From: Corynebacterium sp.
GTDB taxonomy: Bacteria > Actinomycetota > Actinomycetes > Mycobacteriales > Mycobacteriaceae
Direction: 5' to 3'
NCBI RefSeq assembly: GCF_052107835.1
Contig: NZ_JBQEDF010000012.1
Location: forward strand, 161 to 64,160
Length of the DNA stretch: 64,000 nucleotides
Shown here piece by piece: positions 50,656-60,821 of this stretch (positions within the stretch are counted from its first letter, which is position 1; every line of letters starts with the position of its first letter). The notes under the pieces are model-generated. The model ran no database searches and had not been told where the DNA came from. It saw only the letters and a list, made by a program, of their open reading frames with translations. Made by a program: the position numbers and the translations under genes.

Positions 50656-53600
50656 TCAGTACACGTCGCGGACGTAGCGGCGCTCGGCGGCGAGGGCGGA
50701 GATGAAGGACGACGCGGCGTCCGGCGCCATACGCCCCTGCTCCTCGACGATCTGCCGCAGTGCCTGATCCACATCCGTCGCCATCCGTTTCGCGTCGCCG
50801 CACACGTAGAGGTGAGCGCCGCGGTCGAGCCAGGACCACAACTCCCCGGCATGGTGTCGCATCAGGTCCTGGACGTAGACCTTCTCCGCCTGGTCCCGGG
50901 AGAATGCGAGGTCAAGCCTGGTAAGCACGCCACTGTTGTGCATGCCGGTCAGCTCATCGCGGTACAGGAAGTCGGTGGCCTCGTGCCGGTCACCGAAGAA
51001 GAGCCAGTTCTCGCCGGTCGACCCGGTCCGCACCCGGTCGTGCAGGAACCCGCGGAACGGGGCAACGCCCGTGCCGGGCCCGATCATGATCATCGGCGCC
51101 TCCGGTTCGACAGGTGGGCCGAAGCTCTTGTTGGGTTTGATGAAGATCCGCATCGCGTCGCCGGGTTCCGAATCCGCCAGGAACGTCGAGCACACCCCAT
51201 GGCGTTCGCGTCCCTCCCGGGAGCTGTACCGCACCGCGGACACGGTGACCTCCACCCGGTTCGGGTCGGTCCGTGGGGACGATGAGATCGAGTACATCCG
51301 CGGTTTCATCGCCGGCAGCACCTCGAGCCACTGCTCCATCGGAGCCTCGACGGGGTGGGACGCGAGGACGTCCAGTGCCTGCCGCCCCCAGGAGAAGTCC
51401 TGCAGGCGGGCGGGATCGGCGGCGATCTCCTCCAGCCCGGCCTCCGGGTGGTGCCCGTGTACCAGGCGCAGCAGGTCGGGAGTGATGCCGGTGAGGTCAT
51501 AGTCAGTGGTGAGGGACTCCACGAGCTCGTCATCGGCAGTGACGCCGGTGTGCGCGAGCCATTCCCCGACCACCTCCGGGCGGTTGCGTGGCCACACCCC
51601 GAGCGCGTCGCCGGTGCTGTAGGTCAGCGTGCCGTCCGGGACCGCGAACCCGAACCGGCGGACGTCCTTGCCCGAGCCAGTCGCCGTCAACCGTGTGTTC
51701 TCCACCAACGCGGTGGGCAGGGGGTTCCTCCGGGAGTAGGACGCATCACCGGACGTGTCGCGCGTGATCAGGCCCGGGTCCCCACCCAGGGCAGTGACCA
51801 CCGCGTCCTGCCACGAGGCGGCTTCCTCCTCGAAGTCCGGTTCGCAGCACACCAGGTCCGCGACCCGTGTCGCGCCGAGGTCGGTGAGGCGGTCGTCCAA
51901 CTTCCGGGCGAAGCCGCAGAAGTCCGCGTAGGACGAATCGCCGAAGCCCAGCACCGCAGTGTGCAGGCCGTCGAGGTTGGCCGGGGTGTCGGAGAGTTCG
52001 TCCCACAGGGCAACGGCGTTGTCCGGGGCGTCCCCGTCGCCGGTGGAGGAGACGACGAACAGCACAGTGCCCGTGTAACCGACGAGGTCGGCGACCCGGA
52101 CACGGTCGGCGCACACGGCGCCGGTGTTCACCCCCGCCGCGTCAAGACCACTGACCAGGGACGGGATGACGTCCTCCACCGTGCCGGTCTGCGAGGCCCA
52201 CACAATGGTGGCTGCGGTGCCCGCGGTGAACCCGGTACCGGAGGAATCGGCGGGATCAACCGGAGCGGCCTTCTCGATGAGCTGCAGCGCCACCGCGCAG
52301 GCCTTGAACTCCGGCTGCAGGGACTCCGCATCGACCGCGTCATTGGTCACGGCATTGACCGGTGTGTCCGCGTAGTGCATCGGGATGAAGCAGGTGCCCG
52401 GCACAATGTCCGGCGACAGGACGGCCGGTGCACGTGCCGTCCCGCGGCGTGAGGACACCTCCACCACATCGCCCTCGCCGATGCCCAGGTCCTCCGCGTC
52501 GGACGGATGGATCTGCAGGAAGGAGTGCGGGTTGAGCTTCATCAGCGCCGCCACCCGCTTCGTCTTCGTCATGGTGTGCCACTGGTGCGGCAGGCGCCCG
52601 GTGGTCAGCACCAGGGGGAACGTGGCATCGGGACGCTCGGCGGCCGGCAGGTAGGGCCGGGCGACGAACTGGGCACGGCGCGTGGGTGTGGGGAATGCGA
52701 GCCGTGGGGTATGGCCGGTCCCGTCGGTGAACAGATCCTGGCTGATCCCGTCGTTGACGTAGCGCACCGGATTGCGGCTCCCCGCCTGCGGCGCGGCCGG
52801 CCACTGCACCGGGCCACGCCGGAGACGCCCGTAGTCCACCCCGCGGATGTCCCATCCGGTCAGCGGATTATGGAAGCGCCGGATCTCATCGAAGACCTCG
52901 GCGGCGCTGGAGAAGTCGAAGCCGTCGCAACCCATGGCCCGGGCCACGCGGCAGATCAGCATCCAGTCCGGTTCGGCATCCCCCGGTGCGCTGAGCAGGG
53001 GAGAGGTGAGCGTGAGGTTGCGCTCGGAATTGACCATCACCCCCTCCGACTCGGTCCACAGGGCCGCGGGCAGGACCACGTCGGCGTAGGCGGAGGTCTC
53101 CGAACCGGCGTAGGCATCCTGCACCACCACGAACTCGGCGGCCTCGAGGCCCTCGATGACCTTGCCGCGGTTCGGCACGGAGCCGACGGGGTTGGTGCAG
53201 ATCACCCACACGGCCTTGAGTGTTCCCTCGTCCTCGCTGGCCAATGATTCGAACATGTCGACCGTGCCGCCGCCCAGCCTGGTGTGCAGCGTCCCGTCGG
53301 GAATCCCCCAGATCTCCTCGACGTCCTTACGGTGCCCCTCGTTGAGTACGGTGCGCTGACCCGGCAGTCCCGGGCCCATGTAGCCCATCTCGCGTCCGCC
53401 CATCGCATTCGGCTGCCCGGTCAGGGAGAACGGTCCCGCCCCTGTCCGGCAGATTGATCCGGTGGCCAGGTGCAGGTTGCACAGGGCGTTGGTGTGCCAG
53501 GTTCCGTGGACGGACTGGTTCAGACCCATCGTCCACAGGCTCATGAACTTGTCGGTGGATCCGATCCACGCAGCTGCCTGCCGCAGATCGTCCCCGTCGA

Positions 53601-54417
53601 GTCCGGTGATCTCCGCGACAGTGTCCACCGGGTAGTCCGCGAGGTGCTCGTCCATCGCGTCCCACCCGTCGGTGAACTCGGCGATGAACTCCCCGTCAAC
53701 GTCGCCGTTGTCCAGGACCAGCCGGAGCAGCCCGTTGAGCAGCGCCATGTCCGTGCCGGGGCGCACCGGCAGGTGCAGGTCCGCCTTCTTCGCCGTCGCC
53801 GTGCGGCGCGGGTCGACGACGATGAGCTTCGCCCCCTGCTTTACCCGGTCCATCATCCGCAGGAACAGGATCGGGTGGCAGTCAGCCATGTTCGCGCCGA
53901 TGACCAGGAACACATCGGCGTGGTCCAGGTCGTCGTAGCTGCCGGGAGGACCGTCCGCACCCAGGGACTGCTTGTAGCCGGTCGCCGCGCTGGCCATGCA
54001 CAGCCGCGAGTTCGACTCGATCATGTTCGTCCCGAAGTAGCCTTTGGCCAGCTTGTTCGCCAGGTACTGCGCCTCCATGGACATCTGCCCGGAGACGTAG
54101 AAGGCCACGGCGTCGTCCCCGTGCTCCTCACGGATCTCGGCGAACCGGCGTGCCGTGTGGCCGAGGGCGGTGTCCAGGTCGACCGGGTCACCGTTGACCA
54201 GCGCCGTCTGTTGCCGCCCACCCGCGTTGAGCAGGTCGGCGGTGGTGCTTCCCTTGGTGCACAGCCGCCCACGGTTCGCCGGATGGTCCGGGGTCCCCGT
54301 CGAGGACAGGACGTCGCGTCCTGCGCTGTCCGCGGTGAGGGTGAGGCCGCAGCCCACGCCGCAGTAGCCGCAGACGGTGTCCACTGAGGTCGCGGTAGTC
54401 ACGGTCGAAGCAGTCAT
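50656..54417 (-). CDS. Assimilatory nitrate reductase fused to a diflavin (flavodoxin + FAD/NADPH) reductase module
   Basis: 1253 aa. N-terminal CGYCGVGCGL 4Fe-4S motif plus a molybdopterin-oxidoreductase body. C-terminal third has IVWASQTGTVEDV (flavodoxin), RMYSISSSP (FAD) and MIGPGTGVAPFRGF (NADPH), as in CysJ. Confidence 0.88.
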   Translation of the reverse strand: MTASTVTTATSVDTVCGYCGVGCGLTLTADSAGRDVLSSTGTPDHPANRGRLCTKGSTTADLLNAGGRQQTALVNGDPVDLDTALGHTARRFAEIREEHGDDAVAFYVSGQMSMEAQYLANKLAKGYFGTNMIESNSRLCMASAATGYKQSLGADGPPGSYDDLDHADVFLVIGANMADCHPILFLRMMDRVKQGAKLIVVDPRRTATAKKADLHLPVRPGTDMALLNGLLRLVLDNGDVDGEFIAEFTDGWDAMDEHLADYPVDTVAEITGLDGDDLRQAAAWIGSTDKFMSLWTMGLNQSVHGTWHTNALCNLHLATGSICRTGAGPFSLTGQPNAMGGREMGYMGPGLPGQRTVLNEGHRKDVEEIWGIPDGTLHTRLGGGTVDMFESLASEDEGTLKAVWVICTNPVGSVPNRGKVIEGLEAAEFVVVQDAYAGSETSAYADVVLPAALWTESEGVMVNSERNLTLTSPLLSAPGDAEPDWMLICRVARAMGCDGFDFSSAAEVFDEIRRFHNPLTGWDIRGVDYGRLRRGPVQWPAAPQAGSRNPVRYVNDGISQDLFTDGTGHTPRLAFPTPTRRAQFVARPYLPAAERPDATFPLVLTTGRLPHQWHTMTKTKRVAALMKLNPHSFLQIHPSDAEDLGIGEGDVVEVSSRRGTARAPAVLSPDIVPGTCFIPMHYADTPVNAVTNDAVDAESLQPEFKACAVALQLIEKAAPVDPADSSGTGFTAGTAATIVWASQTGTVEDVIPSLVSGLDAAGVNTGAVCADRVRVADLVGYTGTVLFVVSSTGDGDAPDNAVALWDELSDTPANLDGLHTAVLGFGDSSYADFCGFARKLDDRLTDLGATRVADLVCCEPDFEEEAASWQDAVVTALGGDPGLITRDTSGDASYSRRNPLPTALVENTRLTATGSGKDVRRFGFAVPDGTLTYSTGDALGVWPRNRPEVVGEWLAHTGVTADDELVESLTTDYDLTGITPDLLRLVHGHHPEAGLEEIAADPARLQDFSWGRQALDVLASHPVEAPMEQWLEVLPAMKPRMYSISSSPRTDPNRVEVTVSAVRYSSREGRERHGVCSTFLADSEPGDAMRIFIKPNKSFGPPVEPEAPMIMIGPGTGVAPFRGFLHDRVRTGSTGENWLFFGDRHEATDFLYRDELTGMHNSGVLTRLDLAFSRDQAEKVYVQDLMRHHAGELWSWLDRGAHLYVCGDAKRMATDVDQALRQIVEEQGRMAPDAASSFISALAAERRYVRDVY

Positions 54418-54694
54418 GGTCCATCACGCTAGGTACGCGGTGTTACGTTCCGGTCTGTGCGCGGTTACGCCGACGACAACAAGATCTCACGGTGGTGGGG
54501 GAGCCCCGGTGAGCCGTCCTCACGACGGGACCGTGGGGGATGAGAGCAGACCGACACCTGCGACACACGTCCGGGACAACTCCGAGAAATAGCATCCCAC
54601 CAGCAGTTAAGTGTTTGTTTCCCGGGTTCACCCTGGGCGGTCGGTGCGGTTATAGGTAGAAGGAACACCGTAGAGACCTGGAAGAGAGATAGCC

Positions 54695-56086
54695 GTGAGC
54701 AACACCGAGACCATTGCCCCGCCGGTCCAGCAAGCCGACCAACCCACCCTCGAGGTGACCGGGGGGCGCTGGATCACCAACTGGCAACCCGAGGACCCCG
54801 CCTTCTGGAACGGCCCCGGACGCGCCACCGCCCGCCAGAACCTGATCTGGTCGGTCTTCTGCGAGTTCCTCGGCTTCGCTGTCTGGCAGATGTGGTCCGT
54901 GACCGTCATCTTCCTGCCGCAGGCCGGCATCGACCTGACGTCCTCCCAGCAGTTCTGGCTCGTCTCCCTGCCGCCGCTGGTCGGCGCGACGGCACGCATC
55001 CCCTACAGCTTCACCGTCCCCATCTTCGGGGGGCGCAACTGGACGGTGATCTCGGCGCTGCTCCTGCTGATCCCCACCGTGGCCACGGGCCTGATCCTGA
55101 TGGCGGACAACCCGCCGGTCTGGGTGCTGTTCATCATCGCCGCGACCGCGGGCCTCGGAGGCGGGAACTTCGCCAGCTCCATGTCCAACATCACCTTCTT
55201 CTACCCCAAGGCGGAGAAGGGTGCGGCACTGGGCATCAACGCCGCTGGCGGGAACCTGGGCGTGGCCGTGGCACAGCTGGTCATCCCCATCGCCGTGACC
55301 CTGTTCGCCTTCGGGGCCTTCGACCCGAACCTGCCGATGGCCGGTCTGATCTGGATCCCGTTCATCCTGGTCGCCGCATGGGGTGCGCGGCGCTACATGC
55401 ACAACCTCTCCACTGCGACGAACGACATCAAGGGGTCACTGTCCGCGCTGAAGGAGAAGCACCTGTGGATCATCTCGTTCCTGTACGTCGGGGCCTTCGG
55501 CTCCTTCATGGGCTTCGGCTCGGTGTTCCCCACACTGATCAACGCCCAGTTCCCCGACTTCTCGTCCTTCACCGTGCTGGGGGCGTCGCTGGGGCTGGCG
55601 TTCCTCGGACCACTGGTCGGCTCCCTGGCACGTCCCTACGGGGGACGCCTCGCCGACCGGATCGGCGGGGCGCGGGTCAGCATCGTGGTGTTCCTGTGCA
55701 TGGCGCTGGTGACGACAGCGATGGTGCTGATGCTGGAGAACATCAACTTCGGGATCTACCTGCTTCTGTTCCTGATGCTGTTCACCCTGACCGGGCTGGC
55801 GAACGGTTCGGTCTACCGGATGATCCCCACGGTCTTCGAGCTGGCCGTCCCGTCCGACGACCCGGTCGGCCACGAGCGCAAGAGCGCCGCCGCCCTGGGC
55901 TACATCGGCGCGGTCGGTGGCTTCGGCGGTTTCGCCATCCCGCAGGTGCTGAACTACTCGGAGAGTTCCACCGGGGCCTTCGACACCGCGTTCTGGGTGT
56001 TCGCCGGGGCGTACGTGCTGATGGCGCTGGTGACCTGGGCCGTCTACCACCGTCCGGGGACGCGGTTCGCCGGGGCGAACGTGTGA
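54695..56086 (+). CDS. narK: Nitrate/nitrite transporter, MFS NNP family
   Basis: 463 aa, GTG start after GGAAGAGAG. Contains ...GGGNFASSMSNITFFYPKAEKGAALGINAAGGNLG..., the NNP signature. Divergent from the nitrate reductase. Confidence 0.88.
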   Translation: MSNTETIAPPVQQADQPTLEVTGGRWITNWQPEDPAFWNGPGRATARQNLIWSVFCEFLGFAVWQMWSVTVIFLPQAGIDLTSSQQFWLVSLPPLVGATARIPYSFTVPIFGGRNWTVISALLLLIPTVATGLILMADNPPVWVLFIIAATAGLGGGNFASSMSNITFFYPKAEKGAALGINAAGGNLGVAVAQLVIPIAVTLFAFGAFDPNLPMAGLIWIPFILVAAWGARRYMHNLSTATNDIKGSLSALKEKHLWIISFLYVGAFGSFMGFGSVFPTLINAQFPDFSSFTVLGASLGLAFLGPLVGSLARPYGGRLADRIGGARVSIVVFLCMALVTTAMVLMLENINFGIYLLLFLMLFTLTGLANGSVYRMIPTVFELAVPSDDPVGHERKSAAALGYIGAVGGFGGFAIPQVLNYSESSTGAFDTAFWVFAGAYVLMALVTWAVYHRPGTRFAGANV

Positions 56087-56100
56087 GGGGCTGAGCTGGA

Positions 56101-57651
56101 CTACCGACTGCTCCGGGCACGCAGGCGCAGATCCGCACTGTCGCGGAATTCCTGCTCGATCTGCTCCAGCGTCTTGTCCTTCGTCTCAGGGACGATCCGG
56201 TAGACCCAGTACAGGGCCACGACTTGCAGTGCGACGAAGATGAACACCGTGGCCCCGAACCCGATGGCGTCCATGAGGTAGGGGAAGAACAGCGCCACGC
56301 AGAAATTCATCGACCACTGGACTCCAGCGGCCAGACCCATCGCCTCACCGCGTACCCGCAGCGGGAAGATCTCGGACATGAACAGCCACGTCATCGCGCC
56401 GACCGCGCACTGCATGATGCCCACGAAAGCCACGATCGAGAACAGGATCACCCACCGCTTCACCGGATTTCCGTCCGGTACCAGCAGAGAGGTCAGCCCC
56501 AGGATGGTCAGGGTGGTGATCGTGCCGGTGAGGCCACCCATCAGCATCCGGCGGCGGCGCACTCGGGTGTTCAGGTGCATCGACAGCAGCATGCCGACCA
56601 CGCCCGCCAGGCCGATCAGCAGGTTGACGGTGAAGGCCGTGTTGCCCTCGAAACCGGCGTCCTCCAGGATCGTCACGCCGTAGTACTGCACCACGTTGAT
56701 GCCGGAGATCTGGTTGATGACGGCCATCCCGAAACCGACGAGCATGACCCGCCGCATCCACGGGCTGGAGAACAGGTCCCGGAACCTCCTCCGGGACGCC
56801 TGGGTGTCATAGTCCGCGAGTTCGCGTATACCCTCCACGTCGCCGGAGACCGGGTGGGTGATCTCGTCGGTGTGCGGCTGCGGGGCATCCGGGGTGCCGT
56901 AGCGGGTGGTCTCGTAGTCCGGGGAGCCGTAGACGTGCTCGCGGATGGTGCGCAGCGCGTTGAGCATGGCCTCGATGCGTCCGTGCCCGGCCAGCCAGCG
57001 CGGTGATTCGGGCACGACCGTCATCCCGACCCAGAGGATGATCGCCGGGACCAGGCACAGGGCCAGCATCCAGCGCCAGGTCCCCGCTTCCTCGGATCCG
57101 ATGGAGCGGGCGATGATCGCGTTGAAGCCGAAGGCGAGGAACTGGCCGAAGACGACCATGAACTCGTTCTGGTTCACCACGCGGCCACGCAGGTGCGTGG
57201 GGGCCAGTTCCGCCAGGTAGATCGGGATGATGCCGGACGCCGAACCGACCGCGAACCCCAGCACGATGCGGAAAAGTGCGAGTATGACCCACGTCGGGGA
57301 GAGCACCGACCCCAGGGACCCGACGACGAAGATCATCGCGACGATGGTGATGGTGGGACGGCGGCCGATCCGGTCGGCGATACGCCCGCCGAAGATCGCG
57401 CCGAAGATGGCGCCGAACTGCAGCGCGGAGGTGACCAGGCCCTCGTAGCGCTCCTCGAGGCCGAGGTCGCCGGTGAGCGACGGCAGTGCACCGTTGATCA
57501 CGCCCGTGTCATAACCGAACAGCAGTCCACCGCAGGTCAGGATGGTGATCACCACCCAGAAGCGGCGGTTCGGTGGACCAGCCTTCGGGGGTTGGGGTCC
57601 TGCCCGCAGCCTGCTTCCTCTGTCGGGCTTCGCCGTCATCGGTGGGGTCAT
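56101..57651 (-). CDS. Sugar-porter-family MFS transporter (inositol/hexose type)
   Basis: GLLFGYDTGVINGAL, GRIADRIGRRP, PESPRWL and PETKDKTLEQIEQEF are the sugar-transporter signatures. The start is ATG 57651 or 57639; the ORF-track start 57759 is over-extended. Confidence 0.85.
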   Translation of the reverse strand: MTPPMTAKPDRGSRLRAGPQPPKAGPPNRRFWVVITILTCGGLLFGYDTGVINGALPSLTGDLGLEERYEGLVTSALQFGAIFGAIFGGRIADRIGRRPTITIVAMIFVVGSLGSVLSPTWVILALFRIVLGFAVGSASGIIPIYLAELAPTHLRGRVVNQNEFMVVFGQFLAFGFNAIIARSIGSEEAGTWRWMLALCLVPAIILWVGMTVVPESPRWLAGHGRIEAMLNALRTIREHVYGSPDYETTRYGTPDAPQPHTDEITHPVSGDVEGIRELADYDTQASRRRFRDLFSSPWMRRVMLVGFGMAVINQISGINVVQYYGVTILEDAGFEGNTAFTVNLLIGLAGVVGMLLSMHLNTRVRRRRMLMGGLTGTITTLTILGLTSLLVPDGNPVKRWVILFSIVAFVGIMQCAVGAMTWLFMSEIFPLRVRGEAMGLAAGVQWSMNFCVALFFPYLMDAIGFGATVFIFVALQVVALYWVYRIVPETKDKTLEQIEQEFRDSADLRLRARSSR

Positions 57652-57798
57652 CTCCTCACGGGTTGGCGCTGCTGGTGTGCAGCGCTGTGTCTCTCTGTCG
57701 ACCTCGCGCGCCCGCTGGGGGAATGAACGAACCCCGGCCGGTGGGGCCGGGGTGTGCACGCGAGGTCTTCCACCTGCCGAGCCTAGTCCTCCGTGGCG

Positions 57799-58920
57799 CT
57801 ATCCGCCGATGGCGCTCATGGTGCGTTCGGGTTGGACGTAGGCGTCGTCGTTGAGGGTGATGTCGTCGGAGCCGTAGGCGCGGGGCTTGCCCCACATTGC
57901 GCGGGCCCAGCCGACCGCGACGTCGTCGTCGGTGGCGTCGGCGCGCAGCAGCCACATCAGGTCGGTCTCCTCGTTGGAGAACAGGCAGCTGCGGATCTTG
58001 CCGTCGGCGGTGATGCGGGTGCGCGAGCACGCGGAGCAGAACGACTCGGTGACCGAGGCGATGATGCCGATCTTGCCGAGGGGTTCGGCGTCGGACGCCG
58101 CGTCCTGCGCGTAGACGTCCCACAGCTGGGCGGGGGCCGAGCCGCGTGGGGCGGGGTCCTGGTGCAGGACGAAGCGCTCGGACAGCTTCGTGCGCAGTTC
58201 CGCGGCGGAGACGAGGTTGTCGCGGGCCCAGGTGTGGTCGGCGTCGAGGGGCATCTGTTCGATGAAGCGCAGTTGGTAGCCGCGGTCCAGGCACCAGGCG
58301 GCGAGGTCTGCGCATCCTTTGTCGTTGATGCCGCGCATCATCACGGCGTTGACTTTCACCGGTTCCAGGCCGGCGGCTTTGGCGGCCTCGAGTCCGGCGA
58401 TGACCTGGGGCAGGCGGTCGCGGCGGGTGAGTTCGGTGAAGGTGTCGCGGTCGACGGTGTCGAGGGAGACGTTGACGCGGGTCAGTCCGGCGTCGACGAG
58501 GTCGTTGATGCGTTTGTCCAGGCCGATGGCGTTGGTGGTGATCGAGATCGGGATGTCGGGGTGCAGGTGCCGGACGCCGCGGATGATGTCGGCGAGGTCT
58601 TTGCGTACCAGTGGTTCGCCGCCGGTGAAGCGGATGTCTTTGACACCGAGGATGCGCACGCCGATGTCAGCGATGCGGATGGCTTCGTCGGCGGTGAGCA
58701 GGGAGTCTTTGTGGAGCCAAGGCAGGCCGTCGGCGGGCATGCAGTAGGTGCAGCGCAGGTTGCATTTGTCGATCAGGGAGATGCGCAGGTCGTCGGCGGT
58801 GCGTCCCCACCGGTCACGCAGACGCAACGGGCCGGAGGCTGTGGCCCCGTCGGCGTCCCTGGCACCGTCGGGAAGAGCGGGGGACGCCGGGAGCGACGGC
58901 ACAGGCAGCATGGTGGTCAT
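57799..58920 (-). CDS. moaA: GTP 3',8-cyclase (molybdenum cofactor biosynthesis protein A)
   Basis: 373 aa with the radical-SAM motif CNLRCTYCMP, the C-terminal cluster CSACSRTRITADGKIRSCLF, and a terminal MSAIGG. Confidence 0.93.
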   Translation of the reverse strand: MTTMLPVPSLPASPALPDGARDADGATASGPLRLRDRWGRTADDLRISLIDKCNLRCTYCMPADGLPWLHKDSLLTADEAIRIADIGVRILGVKDIRFTGGEPLVRKDLADIIRGVRHLHPDIPISITTNAIGLDKRINDLVDAGLTRVNVSLDTVDRDTFTELTRRDRLPQVIAGLEAAKAAGLEPVKVNAVMMRGINDKGCADLAAWCLDRGYQLRFIEQMPLDADHTWARDNLVSAAELRTKLSERFVLHQDPAPRGSAPAQLWDVYAQDAASDAEPLGKIGIIASVTESFCSACSRTRITADGKIRSCLFSNEETDLMWLLRADATDDDVAVGWARAMWGKPRAYGSDDITLNDDAYVQPERTMSAIGG

Positions 58921-59125
58921 GTCTCGGTGTCCTCTCTGCTCCTGGGCTTCGTGTACTCCGGTCTACCGTGCCAGCGACCCCGAGCGGGTATCGGCGGCGT
59001 CCGGCAGCACCGAACGGCTCTACGGCGCGGCGTGACGGTTCGCCCCGCACATCGCGGGGACCGCGCACTAGACTCCCAGGGTAGTCCTCCGGGGCTCTGA
59101 CGTCAGACTGAGGAAGAGGAATCCC

Positions 59126-59983
59126 ATGTCCGGTACCACCACCACTCTCCGCAACCACCGTGTGAGCATCGTGTTCGCCGCCGTGTTCTTCGCGGTTGTC
59201 CTGCTGTTCGTCACCGCGTGTTCGTCCTCCGGGGAGGACAGCAGCGACGAGGACGGCGACGGTGACACCACAGCGTCCGGCAGCATCCAGGTCTTCGCCG
59301 CAGCGTCGCTGAACAACGTCGGTGAGGAGTTGGCCGACGCGTTCACCGAGGAGAACGACGGCGCCGGGGTCGAGTACAACTTCGCCGGGTCCTCCGCCCT
59401 GGTCCAGCAGATCGAGCAGGGCGCGGACGCGGACCTGTTCATCAGTGCTGACCAGGAGAACATGGACGCCGCCCTGGAACTGGACGAGTTCGCCGATGCC
59501 GATCCGCAGGTCGTCGCGACCAACCTGCTGGTCCTGGCCACGGCACCGGGTAACCCGGCCGGTATCGAGTCCCTTGATGACCTGAAAGACGACGGCAGTG
59601 CGCAGGACGCACGCATCGCGGTCTGCGCCGATGGCGTGCCCTGCGGCACCCTGGCCAACGAGGTTCTCGACGACGAGGGCATCGCGCTGGACAGTCCGAC
59701 CGAGGAGGCCAACGTCAGTGACGTCGCGACCAAGGTCTCCACCGGTGAGGTCGACGCCGGCTTCATCTACTCCACCGATGCCCTGGCGCTGCAGGAGAAC
59801 GCCGGCGACGGTGACGACGAGGCCATCAACGTCGTCGACATCGACGATGTCGAGCCCAACGAGTACCCCGCCGCACTGACCACCACCGGCCAGGACAATG
59901 ACACCGCGGCGGCCTTCCTGGAGTGGCTGTCCACCGATACCGCACGGGAGATCCTCGAGAAGTACGGGTTCGGTGCGGTTTAG
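59126..59983 (+). CDS. modA: Molybdate ABC transporter substrate-binding lipoprotein
   Basis: 285 aa. Lipobox VTAC. IQVFAAASLNNVGEELADAF...NFAGSSALVQQIEQGADADLFISAD is ModA-like. Confidence 0.88.
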   Translation: MSGTTTTLRNHRVSIVFAAVFFAVVLLFVTACSSSGEDSSDEDGDGDTTASGSIQVFAAASLNNVGEELADAFTEENDGAGVEYNFAGSSALVQQIEQGADADLFISADQENMDAALELDEFADADPQVVATNLLVLATAPGNPAGIESLDDLKDDGSAQDARIAVCADGVPCGTLANEVLDDEGIALDSPTEEANVSDVATKVSTGEVDAGFIYSTDALALQENAGDGDDEAINVVDIDDVEPNEYPAALTTTGQDNDTAAAFLEWLSTDTAREILEKYGFGAV

Positions 59984-60821
59984 GGCCGCCACCTCCGTCC
60001 CCGCGGCCATCGTCCTTGTTGCGCTGGTCGCGGTCCTTCTGCTGCTCGGCCCGCTGGTCGGGCTGATCCTGAACATCCCGTGGAACCGCGCGGTCGAGCT
60101 GGTCACCGACCCGGCAGCGGTCGAGTCACTGACCCTGTCGCTGTCGACCGCGCTGGTCGCCACCGTCATCTGCATCATTCTCGGTCTGCCGCTGTCGCTG
60201 TGGCTGGTCGGCTTCATCCGGCGTCACCCGGGGTGGGGGGAGACGGTCCAACTGATCGTCTACGCACCGCTGGTGCTCTCCCCGGTGGTGTCAGGCCTGG
60301 CGCTGGTCTTCTTCTGGGGACGCAACGGCGTCGTCGGCGGGGCGCTCGACAGCGTCGGCGTCCAGGTCGCCTACACGTCTCTGTCGGTGATCCTGGTGCA
60401 GGTGTTCGTCGCCATGCCGTTCTTCGTCTCCACCACGGTCACCTCCCTGCGGGCGATTTCGCCGGTGCTGCAGGAGGCCGCGGCACTGGACGGGGCGACG
60501 CGCTGGCAGACCATCACCCGTGTCCTCGTCCCACTGGCGTGGCCGGGGATTGCGACGGGAACGGTCATGGGGTTCGCCCGTGCTCTCTCCGAGTACGGCG
60601 CGACCCTGACCTTTGCCGGTAACGTAGCCGGGGAAACCCGGACGATCCCGTTGCTGATCGAACTGGGGCTGAGCGCCAATGACATGGACCGCGCCCTGGG
60701 CGCGTGCATCATGCTCATCGGCGTCTATGTACTGGTCGTCGGCGGGATCGCCGCTATTCGTGGAGGTCGGAAACGTGGGAGATCAGGGGCACAGCAGAAC
60801 CCCGGAGTCACACCTGGATGA
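59973..60821 (+). CDS. modB: Molybdate ABC transporter permease
   Basis: 282 aa from GTG 59973 (overlaps the modA end by 11 nt). ...AAALDGATRWQTITRVLVPLAWPGI... and ARALSEYGATLTFAGN are ModB signatures. No modC follows. Confidence 0.85.
   Translation: MRFRAATSVPAAIVLVALVAVLLLLGPLVGLILNIPWNRAVELVTDPAAVESLTLSLSTALVATVICIILGLPLSLWLVGFIRRHPGWGETVQLIVYAPLVLSPVVSGLALVFFWGRNGVVGGALDSVGVQVAYTSLSVILVQVFVAMPFFVSTTVTSLRAISPVLQEAAALDGATRWQTITRVLVPLAWPGIATGTVMGFARALSEYGATLTFAGNVAGETRTIPLLIELGLSANDMDRALGACIMLIGVYVLVVGGIAAIRGGRKRGRSGAQQNPGVTPG

Noticed and set aside
54418-54694. AmtR (CTAT-N6-ATAG) or GlnR (GTnAC-N6-GaAAC) boxes between the nitrate reductase gene and narK
   Set aside because: No CTAT-N6-ATAG is present. 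GTTACgttccgGTCTG (around 54441-54456) only loosely resembles a GlnR half-site, which is insufficient.
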